From: Kofleriaceae bacterium
Lineage (GTDB): Bacteria; Myxococcota_A; Polyangia; Haliangiales; Haliangiaceae
NCBI GenBank assembly: GCA_965215005.1
Contig: CBDCCZ010000021.1
Span: 1-64,000, forward strand
Direction: 5' to 3'
Length of the DNA: 64,000 nucleotides
In this document: positions 9,501 through 19,501 of the stretch, one piece after another
How positions within the stretch are numbered: position 1 is the first letter of the stretch
Layout: each line of letters begins with the position of its first letter
Notes under the pieces: model-generated
The model's database searches: none
What the model saw: the letters and a program-made list of their open reading frames with translations, nothing else
What the model was told of the DNA's origin: nothing
Translations under genes and position numbers: made by a program

Positions 9501-11122
9501 TCGATGCCGCCTCTGAGCGGCGCCTCGATACGCGTAAATATCGCGGACCGATTCAGTCGATTGCCACGTTTCGTGATCCTCGTAAGCCGTCTCGAGTGCG
9601 GGTCGTCGTTGAGCTCGATCAGCCGCGTAGCGGCACGCTAACCCGCCACGGGGATACCTATTCCTGGGAGTTTCGCAAAGCACTCGCGACGGTTCCGCAG
9701 GGTTCCACCGAGGGGCCTCGAAACGACTCCGTTCGCAGTCTCCCTTCACCGGTGATCGGCGGCTACGGTGCCACCTCGGCTCCTATTACGCAGAAAACCG
9801 TCGCGCAGCTATCGCCAGGCGGAAGACGCGTCTATCGCGGAACCAAAATCGACCTCGACCTCAAGGACGCCGACATTCACAACGTGTTGCGGCTTTTGGC
9901 CGACGTTGGCGGCGTCAACATCGTCATCCCTGATGAGATTCGCGCGCGGGTGACGGTGCGGCTCCGGCGCGTGCCATGGGATCAGGCGCTGGAAGTCATC
10001 CTTGCTTCAAAGGGCCTGTGGTACCGGCGCGAGGGCAACATCTACCGGGTAGCAACGCGCCAAGAGCTCGATGAGGAGGCCGCCGCCGAGGCAGAACGCC
10101 TCCGCGCGGCGGTGCAAGCAGAGCCACCCGAGCCCGAAATTTTCACGTTGAACTATGCGGTCGCAGACCAGGTTCGGCCGCAGTTGGTTCCGCTGCTGTC
10201 CCCCAAGGGCCGTATCGAGATCGATCCGCGAACCAACTCCCTCATCATTAACGACATCGGCGCGCATCGCCGGCGCATCATCGACCTTGTGCGTCGGCTC
10301 GATACCCAGACGCCGCAAATTCAGATCGAGGCGCGCATCGTGGAAGCCCGCTCGACGTTCGTGCGCGAGTTCGGCATTCAGTGGGGCGGCAGCGCCGTTG
10401 GCTCCGCCGAGGGCGGCAACGCCACTGGATTGGTCTTTCCCAACCGGGTGGCGGTGGCCGGCGGTGCCGACGATGGTGCCACGGTGGCTACCGGCGTGCG
10501 CGCGGTGCCTTCTGACTTTGCGGTCAACCTGCCGGCCGCCGTGGGTAGCGGCTCGGGTGGTGCGCTCGGGATCGCCCTCGGCTCGGTAGGCGGCAACTTC
10601 AACATCAACTTGCGCATCTCGGCGTTAGAAGATTCGGGCTCGGTGCGGATCATCTCGGCGCCGAAGATCACCGTGCTCAACAACATCGCTGCGCAGATCA
10701 GCCAAGGCGTGTCGATTCCCATTTCGGTAATCTCTGCGGCTGGCGTGCAGACGCAGTTCGTACAGGCCGACCTGGCGCTGGAGGTGACTCCGCACGTCTC
10801 GCAGCGAGATTGCTCAATCGCGATGGACCTGCAGGTATCGAAGAACGAGGCCGACTTCGTCAATACCGGCGCTCGCGGCGATCCGACCATTCTGCGCAAG
10901 GAAGCCAGCACCACCATCCTCGTCGCCGACGGCGAGACCACGGTGATGGGCGGCATCTACACCCGCAACACCGGCCTCGCATACAGCAAAGTGCCGTTCC
11001 TGGGCGACATCCCCATCCTCGGTTGGCTGTTCAAGAATCGCCGTGAAAACGACGAGCGCACCGAGGTGCTCGTGTTCATCACCCCAAAAATCACTAACAA
11101 GGCGTTTCTGCGGTGCGAATAG
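6524..11122 (+). CDS. pilQ: Type IV pilus secretin PilQ with a very long Ala-rich coiled-coil insertion between two AMIN domains (about 1532 aa)
   Basis: Signal peptide, AMIN (YKLDRPARIVVDI), coiled coil, second AMIN (RVRVVVEL), N0 (IDLDLKDADIHNVLRLLADVGGVNIV, VPWDQALEVIL), N3, and secretin domain (QIQIEARIVEA, VPFLGDIPILGWLFK, VFITPKI). ATG at 6524 follows GAGGAG. Confidence 0.95.
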   Translation: MNRKSRPSRRPRCAWGALAAAVMALASAPSLAIAQDNVIRAIDYRDDSGGTQVRIRGTQTPTFTVYKLDRPARIVVDIAGAAIDIDEKATYDVNSWAVGQVIAHASSGSGHSTVRVTVGMARPGSYKVKASGNDLIVTVKPRDPPPETASIGGDVAAAKADATAARADAQAARATAEAARRQAAAANATASSVRADAERAETLAASKAAAAKRAVSAAKAAQARSSADASAARADAEKAKREAAAARAEAARIKAEAETARAEAARIKREAATARDEAQRAKAQAEQSQAEASRARNQAQAQIAQVQRELEQTRTKASLRVAAADNALLEAKTLMDSAKATLARAEAEKQGAQKAQSAAEAASGAAAERERAAAKAQTQAETTAQAANQALAEASRARRAAASADASDRVAAENHAAKLMAAAEAKQRVAERAAREANVQRAEAEKAAAEALARRSTAEEAARLAENRAAQARERKADAERAGSRADQQRQLAEDRAAAAERAAAEADARAARAKALREREEAAYAQVQQAGAEAERRRTALASAVAALEASQRDAERAAAEAALRRDAAEAAAIAARDAKAAKRSQQEISQARAEAQRLSRERDQAEKAVARAKQQVVSQQVDVSRLAQRRERAASELAALDAAAAEARQRREGEETALAALAERRRQEELELAKAQSQLEQARAAREAAETAAAEAARVARSELAKAAEARQARASQEAAARDAAEKMAAATRARASEEKAARAAAEARVAEEEAARLAAKERASAEAAATLAKSRASSEEQAARLAAENRATAEAAAKLAKSRASSEEQAARLAAENRATAEAAAKLAKGRASSEEQAARLAAENRASAEAAAKLAKSRASSEEQAARLAAENRATAEAAAKLAKSRASSEEQAARLAAENRASAEAAAKLAKRSARAAEASAAPRRPVEVATTTPVALVADAPARVRGVTFADDAEKARVVLKVDGAAEPKIVTRRGRKVVLEVDAATLDAASERRLDTRKYRGPIQSIATFRDPRKPSRVRVVVELDQPRSGTLTRHGDTYSWEFRKALATVPQGSTEGPRNDSVRSLPSPVIGGYGATSAPITQKTVAQLSPGGRRVYRGTKIDLDLKDADIHNVLRLLADVGGVNIVIPDEIRARVTVRLRRVPWDQALEVILASKGLWYRREGNIYRVATRQELDEEAAAEAERLRAAVQAEPPEPEIFTLNYAVADQVRPQLVPLLSPKGRIEIDPRTNSLIINDIGAHRRRIIDLVRRLDTQTPQIQIEARIVEARSTFVREFGIQWGGSAVGSAEGGNATGLVFPNRVAVAGGADDGATVATGVRAVPSDFAVNLPAAVGSGSGGALGIALGSVGGNFNINLRISALEDSGSVRIISAPKITVLNNIAAQISQGVSIPISVISAAGVQTQFVQADLALEVTPHVSQRDCSIAMDLQVSKNEADFVNTGARGDPTILRKEASTTILVADGETTVMGGIYTRNTGLAYSKVPFLGDIPILGWLFKNRRENDERTEVLVFITPKITNKAFLRCE
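8849..9268 (+). repeat. Five tandem in-frame 84-bp (28-aa) repeats inside pilQ
   Basis: Units start at 8849, 8933, 9017, 9101 and 9185; each encodes K(S/G)RASSEEQAARLAAENRA(T/S)AEAAAKLA. Confidence 0.97.
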
Positions 11123-11154
11123 GCCGCTCACGAGCGTCGAGCTAAGCTTCCTCG

Positions 11155-12804
11155 ATGGTGTCTTCGGCCTCGGCGCGACCGCTCTTCCTCGTCGGTTTCA
11201 TGGCGACGGGCAAGAGCACCGTTGGTCGTTTGGTGGCGCACCTCTTGGGGATGCGTTTCATCGATCTAGACGAGCGTATCGAACGCGCGGCGAGCACGGC
11301 GGTGCGCGACATTTTCACCGCCGAGGGCGAAGCGGGATTTCGCAAACGCGAAGCCGCTGCATTGAACGAAGTGCTCGCCGGCCCGCCGGCGGTGGTTGCA
11401 ACCGGTGGCGGGACGCCGTGCTTTGGCGACAATCTCGCGCGCATGCGCAGCGCGGGTCTCGTGGTGGCGCTTACCGCTTCCCACGATTGTTGGCGAGAAC
11501 GTGCCGCGAAAGCCGCGGCCGTGCGACCGCTCTTGGAACGCCCCCAAGAAGAGGTGCAAGCGCTCTACCGCGATCGCATGCCGTGGTATCGCCAGAGCCA
11601 CGCCGTGGTGGTTACCGATGGCGTCACGCCCGAGGCAGTCGCGCGTCGTATTGCGCGAATCGCTGCCGGTGCGGGTGCTGCCATCGCGACGGAATCGCTG
11701 CCACAGGCTTGCATCGTGGCTACCGCCGATGCCCCGTATCCAGTGCTCATCGCGCGCGGCTCGCTCGTGGAGGTTGGGGCTACAATTCGTCGCGTCGTCG
11801 GTTCTAGCGTTGCGCGTATCGGCCTTATCTCCGATGACAACGTCGCGCCTCTGTATGGCGAGCGCGTACGTGCCGCACTGCATGCAGTGGGGTTCGCGGT
11901 GGTGAGCGCCACCGTGGCGGCGGGCGAAGCTGCCAAGAACGTGGGGGAATTCGCCAACCTCTGCAATGCGATGGTGGCTGGTGGCCTCGACCGCAGCTCG
12001 GCAATCGTCGCGCTCGGGGGCGGCGTGGTCGGCGATCTCGCGGGGTTCGTCGCGGCCTCGCTCTATCGCGGAATTCGCTGCATCCAGGTGCCAACGACGC
12101 TACTCGCCATGGTGGATTCCGCCATCGGCGGCAAGACCGGTGTCAACATTGCAGCCGGAAAAAACCTCGTAGGCGCCTTTTGGCAACCGTCGCTGGTGCT
12201 GGCCGATCCCAAGGTCTTGCAAACGCTGCCGGTTCGCGAGCGCCGCGCCGCCTACGGCGAGCTGGTCAAGTATGCGCTTCTCGATGGCGAGGAGCTGTAT
12301 GCGAAGGTCGATGCGCTAGCCTCGTGGATAGCCGAGCCCGCGCTCGATCGCGATGCTGCCGTTCCCGTCGAGCTCACCGAGGTGATCCATCGTGCTGCGG
12401 CCATCAAGAGCTGGATTGTCACCCGCGACGAGCGCGAGCAAAGCGGCGAGCGGGCACTTCTAAACCTCGGCCACACCGTCGGCCACGCCATCGAGGCCGC
12501 TACGCAGTATCAGCGGTACTTGCACGGCGAGGCGGTCGCACTCGGGCTGCTGGCCGCGGCACGAGTCTCGGCACACCAAACGCTATGCGATGCGGACCTC
12601 GAGCAGCGCATCGCCAGAACGCTCCAGCGCGCGGGTCTCGACACCAAGCTAACGCCTTGGCTCAGCGATGAGGTCCTTGCCTACATTGGAGTCGACAAGA
12701 AGCGCTCAGGAACGCAGCTGCGATTCATTACCATGCAAGACGTGGGCGTCGTTGGCAGTACGCTCATCGAGCAACGGGAGCTCCTGCAGATTTTGCGGTG
12801 CTGA
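11155..12804 (+). CDS. aroB: Bifunctional shikimate kinase / 3-dehydroquinate synthase (AroK-AroB fusion)
   Basis: N-terminal GFMATGKST P-loop, GEAGFRKRE and ATGGG (AroK); C-terminal GGGVVGDLAGF, PTTLLAMVDSAIGGKTG, LNLGHTVGHAIE and HGEAVALG (AroB). Confidence 0.95.
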   Translation: MVSSASARPLFLVGFMATGKSTVGRLVAHLLGMRFIDLDERIERAASTAVRDIFTAEGEAGFRKREAAALNEVLAGPPAVVATGGGTPCFGDNLARMRSAGLVVALTASHDCWRERAAKAAAVRPLLERPQEEVQALYRDRMPWYRQSHAVVVTDGVTPEAVARRIARIAAGAGAAIATESLPQACIVATADAPYPVLIARGSLVEVGATIRRVVGSSVARIGLISDDNVAPLYGERVRAALHAVGFAVVSATVAAGEAAKNVGEFANLCNAMVAGGLDRSSAIVALGGGVVGDLAGFVAASLYRGIRCIQVPTTLLAMVDSAIGGKTGVNIAAGKNLVGAFWQPSLVLADPKVLQTLPVRERRAAYGELVKYALLDGEELYAKVDALASWIAEPALDRDAAVPVELTEVIHRAAAIKSWIVTRDEREQSGERALLNLGHTVGHAIEAATQYQRYLHGEAVALGLLAAARVSAHQTLCDADLEQRIARTLQRAGLDTKLTPWLSDEVLAYIGVDKKRSGTQLRFITMQDVGVVGSTLIEQRELLQILRC

Positions 12805-12844
12805 TGACGGCGCTGCTACGATTAGCGAACCTGGAGGGTAGGCC

Positions 12845-13597
12845 ATGAGACATTATGCAATCGCAGCGCTCGCGCTGGTTGGCATCCTAGCGAGCGGCTG
12901 CGCCGAGCAAGACTCGCCGGTGATCGTTCTCAACAACGGCGTTCCGGGTCCGACGTGCAGCGCCAATCCCGACGACGGCGCGTTCTACGCGCGTGGCACC
13001 ATCGATACCGGTGCACCACGCGGTTACATCTTTACGCCGGTGCTGGAGAGCTTTGCCAGTACCGGACCCACGGTCGATCGCCGCCAGCGGCTGGTCTACC
13101 TCGCCGGTGCGGAGGTCGAGCTCACGTTTCAAGAGGGCTTGTTCGCGGCCGGCGAGCTGGGGGAAGAGCTGCAACGCTTCACCGTGCGCTTCTCCGGCAC
13201 CGTGGAGCCAGATGGTGGGCGCGCGGCCGTCGCGTTTCCCATCATCCCACCCGAGGTGCTCGCGGCGCTCGATGCCAAGCTATCACCGCAACAGGCGACG
13301 CCGGTGCGCGCCGAGGTGAGCGTGTTTGGAGAAATGTCGGGCGCCGATGTGGAGACGCCATCCTTTACGTACTATCTAGATGTGTGCAAGGGGTGCCTCA
13401 TCACCGATCTGGGCTCGTGTGCCGAGTTGCCAGAGGGCTTCATGAGCGGCACCATGGTCAACGGGTGTGGCATTGGTCAAGACGATGCCGTCGAGTGTTG
13501 CACCTCCGGTTTGGGGCAGCGCGTCTGCCCCGCCCAGTCCGAAGCGATGGACATGGAAACCCAGGCCGTGACCGCGGTGTCCACCGCGGCCCCGTGA
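12845..13597 (+). CDS. Hypothetical Cys-containing lipoprotein
   Basis: GGAGG RBS, lipobox ASGC, C-terminal Cys cluster (VCKGCL...GCGIGQD...CC...VCP). Confidence 0.8.
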   Translation: MRHYAIAALALVGILASGCAEQDSPVIVLNNGVPGPTCSANPDDGAFYARGTIDTGAPRGYIFTPVLESFASTGPTVDRRQRLVYLAGAEVELTFQEGLFAAGELGEELQRFTVRFSGTVEPDGGRAAVAFPIIPPEVLAALDAKLSPQQATPVRAEVSVFGEMSGADVETPSFTYYLDVCKGCLITDLGSCAELPEGFMSGTMVNGCGIGQDDAVECCTSGLGQRVCPAQSEAMDMETQAVTAVSTAAP

Positions 13598-13622
13598 TAT
13601 AAGCGCCAACCAAGGGATTGCA

Positions 13623-13979
13623 GTGTTCGAACAAACGCTGAAGAAGGTCGTCGACAACGTCGACGGTGGGATCGGTGCCGTCGTCATGGGATTCGACGGC
13701 ATCAAGGTCGAGACGTACATCCGCGACGATGATCGAATCGACATCGATACCATCGGCATGGAGTTTTCCTTCATCCTCACGCAGATCAAGAAAGCTGCGG
13801 AGATCCTCGAGGTCGGCTTCGTGCACGAGGTCACCATCAAGGCCGAGCAGCTCACGCTCAGCATGCGGCTCCTCAACGAGGACTACTTCATGGCGGTGGC
13901 GCTGCGCAACGATGGCAACTTCGGCAAGTGCCGCTATCTGATGCGAATGGCCGCGCCTCAGCTCACTGCCGAGTTCTGA
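13623..13979 (+). CDS. mglC: Roadblock/LC7 protein, MglC-like polarity factor
   Basis: [27 protein letters not shown]...[11 protein letters not shown] roadblock pattern; its position downstream of pilQ and upstream of accBC and sgmX matches Myxococcus mglC. Confidence 0.8.
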   Translation: MFEQTLKKVVDNVDGGIGAVVMGFDGIKVETYIRDDDRIDIDTIGMEFSFILTQIKKAAEILEVGFVHEVTIKAEQLTLSMRLLNEDYFMAVALRNDGNFGKCRYLMRMAAPQLTAEF

Positions 13980-13989
13980 GCGTCTCGTC

Positions 13990-14466
13990 ATGCCCGTTCG
14001 CATCCTGGTGATCCACGGGCCCAACTTGAACCTCTTAGGTACCCGCGAGCCGGGCATCTACGGCACCACCACGCTCGCGGCCATCGACGCAGAGCTGGCC
14101 GCGCGAGCTCGAGCGGCCGGTGCGGACCTCGACGCCGTGCAGTCCAACTGCGAAGGCGCGATCGTTACCCACATTCAAAATGCCGCAGCGCGCCATCACG
14201 CGATTCTGATCAATCCCGCTGCCTACTCGCATACCAGCATTGCCATTCGCGATGCGCTCAAAGCGGTCGGTTTGCCCGCGGTCGAGGTTCATCTCTCGAA
14301 CATTCACGCCCGCGAAGAGTTTCGTCATCGCTCATACAGCGCTGCTAGTTGCGTAGGCCAGATCTGTGGCTTCGGTGCACAAAGCTACTACCTGGGTCTG
14401 GACGCGGTGCTCAGTCTTGTGAAAGGGTCGGTCACCAGCGCGACGCCTTCCAAAGAAACTCCATGA
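13990..14466 (+). CDS. aroQ: Type II 3-dehydroquinate dehydratase
   Basis: [47 protein letters not shown]. Confidence 0.97.
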   Translation: MPVRILVIHGPNLNLLGTREPGIYGTTTLAAIDAELAARARAAGADLDAVQSNCEGAIVTHIQNAAARHHAILINPAAYSHTSIAIRDALKAVGLPAVEVHLSNIHAREEFRHRSYSAASCVGQICGFGAQSYYLGLDAVLSLVKGSVTSATPSKETP

Positions 14467-15074
14467 GCACACCGCGACGCAAAGCTTCTGCCAAGAAGGC
14501 AGCGGCCAAGACCCCATCTCCTTCCACCAGAAAGTCGGCCAGCAGTGGCGGCGTTGCAAATCGGCGGGCAACCGCTGTGCGCGGCGCTCCTGCAGCGGCG
14601 ACCTCGTCAACCGTCGAGCTCATCCGCGAGCTGGCCGCTATCGTCAAGAAGACCGGCCTGACCGAGCTCGTGCTCGAACAGGGCGACTTGGCGCTGACGC
14701 TCCGCCGAACCGGTGAGGGCCAGCCGGTTGCTCACGCATTGCCGGCGATGTTGACGTCTGTGGGCGCGCCAGCCCCGTCTGCCGGGCCGCCGCCGCTAGA
14801 GGTGTCGCCAACGGTGGAGCCGCCCGCCGAGACCGGTCACGTGGTGACCTCGCCGTTCGTAGGTACGTTCTATCGCCGCCCCAATCCCGATTCTTCCGCG
14901 TACGCCGGCGTCGGCGACAAGGTAGAGAAGGGGCAGATCCTCTGCATCGTCGAGGCCATGAAGCTCATGAATGAGATCGAAGCGGACACGGCCGGTACCA
15001 TCACCGCCGTCCTCGTCGAAGATTCTGAGCCGGTCGAGTACGGCCAGCCACTGTTCCGTATAACCCCCGCCTGA
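14463..15074 (+). CDS. accB: Acetyl-CoA carboxylase biotin carboxyl carrier protein
   Basis: [17 protein letters not shown] biotinyl-Lys motif, [12 protein letters not shown] overlap with aroQ. Confidence 0.95.
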   Translation: MSTPRRKASAKKAAAKTPSPSTRKSASSGGVANRRATAVRGAPAAATSSTVELIRELAAIVKKTGLTELVLEQGDLALTLRRTGEGQPVAHALPAMLTSVGAPAPSAGPPPLEVSPTVEPPAETGHVVTSPFVGTFYRRPNPDSSAYAGVGDKVEKGQILCIVEAMKLMNEIEADTAGTITAVLVEDSEPVEYGQPLFRITPA

Positions 15075-15081
15075 GGTCGTC

Positions 15082-16422
15082 ATGTTCCGCAAGGTCCTCG
15101 TCGCCAATCGCGGTGAGATAGCGCTGCGGATCATCCGCGCGCTGCGCGAGCTCGGTATCAAGTCGGTTGCCGTGCACTCGGAAGCCGACGCCGATGCGCT
15201 GCACGTCAAGTTTGCTGACGAGGCGGTCTGCATTGGCCCCGCCAAAAGTCGCGACAGCTATCTCAAGATTCCCTCGATCATCAGTGCCGCTGAGATCACC
15301 CGCGCCGATGGCATCCACCCCGGCTACGGGTTCCTCTCCGAAGACGCGGAGTTCGCCGAGGTCTGCCAGAAGTGCGACATCGGCTGGATTGGCCCGCAGC
15401 CGGCGCTCATGCGGCAAATGGGCGACAAGGTTCGTGCGCGCGAGGCAATGAGCAACGCCGGCGTGCCGATTCTGCCCGGCACCAACTCCATCAGCGACGA
15501 ACGTGAGCTCATCCAAGCCGCGGAGCGCATCGGCTTGCCGGTGATTCTCAAGGCAGCGGCGGGCGGCGGCGGGCGTGGCATGAAGATCGTCCACGACACC
15601 AAGCGTCTGGTGAGCGACTGGAACACAGCGCGCGGAGAAGCGCTGGCGGCCTTCGGCAACCCCGACATGTACATGGAGCGCTTTTGCGAGCGGCCGCGGC
15701 ACATCGAGGTGCAGGTGATCGGCGATCACCACGGCAACTATGCGCACCTTGGCGAGCGCGAGTGCTCGATACAGCGCCGTCATCAGAAGCTAGTCGAGGA
15801 AGCGCCGTCAGCTGCGCTCGATGAGCAGACCCGTGAGCGCATTCTGAACACCGCGCTCACCGCCGTGAGCCGCCTTGGCTATCGCAATGTCGGCACCCTC
15901 GAGTTTCTGCTCGACACCGATGGGAGCTTCTACTTCATGGAGATGAACACGCGTCTCCAAGTCGAGCACCCGGTCACAGAAAGCGTCACCGGCATCGATC
16001 TGGTGCGCGAGCAGGTGTTGGTCGCGGCCGGGGAAAAACTCTCTTTCGACAAGCGCCGACCGCGCGGCCACAGCATCGAGTTGCGCATCAACGCCGAGGA
16101 TCCCGAAACCTTCGCGCCGTGGCCGGGCAAGATCACCGGCTTGAATTTACCTGGTGGGTTGGGTGTACGCGTGGATACCCACATCTACGAGGGCTACGTC
16201 GTCCCACCCCACTACGATTCCCTCCTGGCAAAGCTCATCGTTCACGACAACACCCGGGCACAGGCGCTGCGGCGGGTCAAGCGTTGCCTCGACGAGTTCG
16301 TCATCGAGGGGATTCGCACCAACATCCCGTTCCATCGCCGCCTACTCGCCCACCCAGACTTTCAGAGCGGTAACTTCGATACCAATTTCGTGGGCCGGAT
16401 GCTGGCTACAGAAAAAGCGTAA
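15082..16422 (+). CDS. accC: Acetyl-CoA carboxylase biotin carboxylase
   Basis: [50 protein letters not shown]. Confidence 0.97.
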   Translation: MFRKVLVANRGEIALRIIRALRELGIKSVAVHSEADADALHVKFADEAVCIGPAKSRDSYLKIPSIISAAEITRADGIHPGYGFLSEDAEFAEVCQKCDIGWIGPQPALMRQMGDKVRAREAMSNAGVPILPGTNSISDERELIQAAERIGLPVILKAAAGGGGRGMKIVHDTKRLVSDWNTARGEALAAFGNPDMYMERFCERPRHIEVQVIGDHHGNYAHLGERECSIQRRHQKLVEEAPSAALDEQTRERILNTALTAVSRLGYRNVGTLEFLLDTDGSFYFMEMNTRLQVEHPVTESVTGIDLVREQVLVAAGEKLSFDKRRPRGHSIELRINAEDPETFAPWPGKITGLNLPGGLGVRVDTHIYEGYVVPPHYDSLLAKLIVHDNTRAQALRRVKRCLDEFVIEGIRTNIPFHRRLLAHPDFQSGNFDTNFVGRMLATEKA

Positions 16423-16449
16423 ACTTACTGAATTATTGGAAAATCCTTC

Positions 16450-16479
16450 TTGACGGTACAACGTAGCACGCCGTAAGGT
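16450..16479 (+). promoter_or_regulatory. Candidate sigma70-type promoter upstream of the sgmX-like gene
   Basis: TTGACG-18 nt-TAAGGT, preceded by an AT-rich tract in the accC-sgmX gap. Confidence 0.5.
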
Positions 16480-16563
16480 CGGGTATCGTTGGGTTCAAAG
16501 CATACACCCTCCGTCGGGTGACGCGGTGTCGTGCGGCTGGAGCTCACGCGCCGCGAGGGCAAC

Positions 16564-19491
16564 GTGGCCTTCAATAAGAATAAGGTCATGGAGGCTGCTC
16601 GTCGCTTCGTCGAGAAGGGACAGCACGACAAAGCCATCAAGGAGTACCTCCGGGTCGTAAAAGAAGACCCCAAGGACGTCCGAATCTGGCTGAAGATCGG
16701 CGACCTCTACGCCAAAAAAGGCGCCAAGCAAGAAGCCACTGAGACGTACCTCAAGGTGGCGCGCTTCTACAGCGAGCAGGGCTTCTACTTGAAAGCGGTC
16801 GCTGTTTACAAGCAGATCCTCAAGCTCGACCCGCGCCTGGTGGAGGTCAACCTCAAACTCGCCGAGCTGTATCGCCAGCTCGGCCTGCTCTCGGATGCAA
16901 TGCAGCATTTCGAGATGGTGGCGGCTCACTTCCATCGCGAGGGCAAGACGAAGGAGGCGCTGGCTACGGTGCGCCAGCTCGTCGACCTCGACCCAGACAA
17001 CGTCGCCACGCGTATCAAGCTCGCTGAGCTGTACTCGAAAGAGCAGATGACGCAGGAGGCGATCGCGGAGTTTGCTCAAGCTTGCGAATATCTGCGCGCG
17101 CAGAATCGCCAAGATGACTTCGTCAAAGTAGCGGAGCGGCTTCTCTGGCACCAGCCAGACAACATCGACCTCAGTCGTGAATTGGCCACCTTGTACCTGC
17201 GGCGCAGTGACCCGCGTCGCGCGCTGCAAAAGCTACAAACGTGTTTCAAGGCCAACGCTCGCGATATCGAGACCCTGGCGCTGCTCGCGCAGGCGTTCCA
17301 GGCGCTCGATCAAAAGACCAAGACGGTGTCGGTGCTCAAGGAGCTCGCGCGGGTTCTGCATGAGGACAATCAGCGCGACAAGGCTGCTGAGGTGCACCGC
17401 AAGATCCTCGTCTATGTACCGCAGGACGCCGATGCGCTGGCCTATCTCGGCCTCGATCGTGCTGAGGTCGATGCACCCGGACCCGCCAAACGGCTGGCCA
17501 TTACATCGAGCGATCTCCCGCAGGTGAGTCGCGCAGGTCAGCCAACCGGCTCCGTGCCGCTGCTGCGTCAAGAGTCTCCTGCGCCCGTGGAAGCGACCTT
17601 CGACGACGTTGCGGTGGAAGAGGTGGACGAGGAGGACAGCAGCTTCGTCGCCGATCTGCAATTTGAAGACGAAAGCAGCTTTGCCGAGTCGAGTCGAGCG
17701 GGTGAAACGCACTCGGATGAGATTAATAAGATTCTTACCGAGACTGACGTCTACGTGAAATATGGGCTGCACCAGAAGGCCAGCGAGCATCTGCGGCGCA
17801 TTTTCGAGCTTGACCCCGATAATGTCGAAGCGCGCGAGCGCCTCAAGACGATTTACTTATCGCAGGGCCGCGAAGAAGACGCCATCGCCGAGCTGATGCA
17901 ACTTGCCGAGCTCACGGCGAGCGTTCATCCCGGCGCCGCCGAAGACTATCTGCGTGAAGTGCTGTCCGTGGATTCCTCTCATCAACCCGCCTTCGAAATG
18001 GCTCGTCGCTTCCGCCTCGACTTGACGGCCTCTCCTGAGCTGGAAATGGTGGATGAGCTCTCCGACGGCGCGATTCTGCTCGACAACGGCACCGGTGAGA
18101 CCACCCCGGTGGAAGAAGATGACCACCTCGATTTCGCGGGCACCGGTCCGGCTCCGCAAAGCCGCTACAGTGATGTCTTCGAAGCCGTCGCATCCTTTGA
18201 CCTCGAGCTCCCAGACGGCGAGACCGGGGCGGAGATCGAGGAACGCTCCGGCATCACCATGGAGGTCTCGGTCGATCAGGTCGAAGACATGGTGGAGCTC
18301 GAAGATGCGGTGGAGCTGATCGAAGATCTAGAGCTCGATGGCAACTTGGCGACGACTGGCGAAGCAACCAGTGAGCTCGGCACCGCAGAACGCTACGACT
18401 ACTCCTATGAGAGTGACTTGCCGCCTGCGGTGGCATCGCCGGATTACGAGCTCGATTTCGATCCCGACGACGCAGCCGCGTTCGATGCTGACATTGAACC
18501 CGGCCAGGCACGGCAGATGGATTCGCTCGAGCGCGATGGTGCGGCCGCTGCAGCGGCCGATGACGAAGACGAGCTGGCGGGAACGTACGAGGGGCCAGCG
18601 CAGAGTTGGCTCGAGGCGCAAAGCGACGCAGATGGCTTTCATCCGCAAGAAACCATCCCTGGCGAAGGAGGATGGGGCGGCGGAGCCACCGACGTCGGGC
18701 GCATGCCGGGGGACTTGGACTCTTCGGCCGCTGGCGTGTCGCTCGAGGATGACTTGGACGAGGCCGATTTTTTCATCAATCAGCGGCTCTATCCAGAAGC
18801 GCAGGACATCCTGCGTAGCTTGTTGCAGCGCTATCCCAGCCATCCGCTGGTGATGGCAAAGCTGGCTGACGTCGAGGCAATGGCCGACGCGGAAGATCCA
18901 GACCTCGGCGGGCTCGACGAGGCGCTAGAGTCGATTGGTCACGATGACTCCGGTATCGAGCCCAGGGTTTCTGTGGCAGCAGAGTCGCCGAGCAAGCCTG
19001 CGGTGCTGCTCGAGAAACCTATCGAAGACGAAGACGCGGAAACGCACTACGACCTCGGTCTTGCTTACAAAGAGATGGGCCTGTATGGCGAAGCCATCAA
19101 GGCATTCGAGAAGGTCGCCCAACTTCCAGGTCGCGAGGTGCAATGCCGATCGATGATCGGTTTATGTCATCGTGAGCAGGGCAACTTGTCGGAAGCGGTT
19201 CACCACTTCAAGTCTGCGCTTCACGCTGGCTCCATCATAGAGCGCGAGAAGCTCAACCTCTTTTATGAGATAGGCGCCTCCTACGAGGCCATCGGCGATA
19301 CCTCCGAGGCGCTGTATTATTTTGAGCTGGTCCTAAAGAAGGACGAATCATTTCGCGACGTCACCGATCGGCTCGACGCGCTCGCTGCCAAAGTGGGAGC
19401 CGATACTCGCCGCAATCCGGCCGGGCCAGAGGATGCGGATGCTGCCATTGATAGTCTCCTTGCCGAAGAGACCGGCGGCAGGCGTCGTTGA
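16564..19491 (+). CDS. sgmX: Large TPR protein with acidic linkers, SgmX-like type IV pilus activator
   Basis: N-terminal TPR array (AIKEYLRVVKEDPKDVRIWLKIGDL, GFYLKAVAVYKQILKLDP), middle TPR (ETDVYVKYGL) and C-terminal TPRs (THYDLGLAYKEMGL). Follows accC as in Myxococcus. Start GTG at 16564 is inferred. Confidence 0.8.
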   Translation: MAFNKNKVMEAARRFVEKGQHDKAIKEYLRVVKEDPKDVRIWLKIGDLYAKKGAKQEATETYLKVARFYSEQGFYLKAVAVYKQILKLDPRLVEVNLKLAELYRQLGLLSDAMQHFEMVAAHFHREGKTKEALATVRQLVDLDPDNVATRIKLAELYSKEQMTQEAIAEFAQACEYLRAQNRQDDFVKVAERLLWHQPDNIDLSRELATLYLRRSDPRRALQKLQTCFKANARDIETLALLAQAFQALDQKTKTVSVLKELARVLHEDNQRDKAAEVHRKILVYVPQDADALAYLGLDRAEVDAPGPAKRLAITSSDLPQVSRAGQPTGSVPLLRQESPAPVEATFDDVAVEEVDEEDSSFVADLQFEDESSFAESSRAGETHSDEINKILTETDVYVKYGLHQKASEHLRRIFELDPDNVEARERLKTIYLSQGREEDAIAELMQLAELTASVHPGAAEDYLREVLSVDSSHQPAFEMARRFRLDLTASPELEMVDELSDGAILLDNGTGETTPVEEDDHLDFAGTGPAPQSRYSDVFEAVASFDLELPDGETGAEIEERSGITMEVSVDQVEDMVELEDAVELIEDLELDGNLATTGEATSELGTAERYDYSYESDLPPAVASPDYELDFDPDDAAAFDADIEPGQARQMDSLERDGAAAAAADDEDELAGTYEGPAQSWLEAQSDADGFHPQETIPGEGGWGGGATDVGRMPGDLDSSAAGVSLEDDLDEADFFINQRLYPEAQDILRSLLQRYPSHPLVMAKLADVEAMADAEDPDLGGLDEALESIGHDDSGIEPRVSVAAESPSKPAVLLEKPIEDEDAETHYDLGLAYKEMGLYGEAIKAFEKVAQLPGREVQCRSMIGLCHREQGNLSEAVHHFKSALHAGSIIEREKLNLFYEIGASYEAIGDTSEALYYFELVLKKDESFRDVTDRLDALAAKVGADTRRNPAGPEDADAAIDSLLAEETGGRRR

Positions 19492-19501
19492 TAGCCTGAG
19501 A

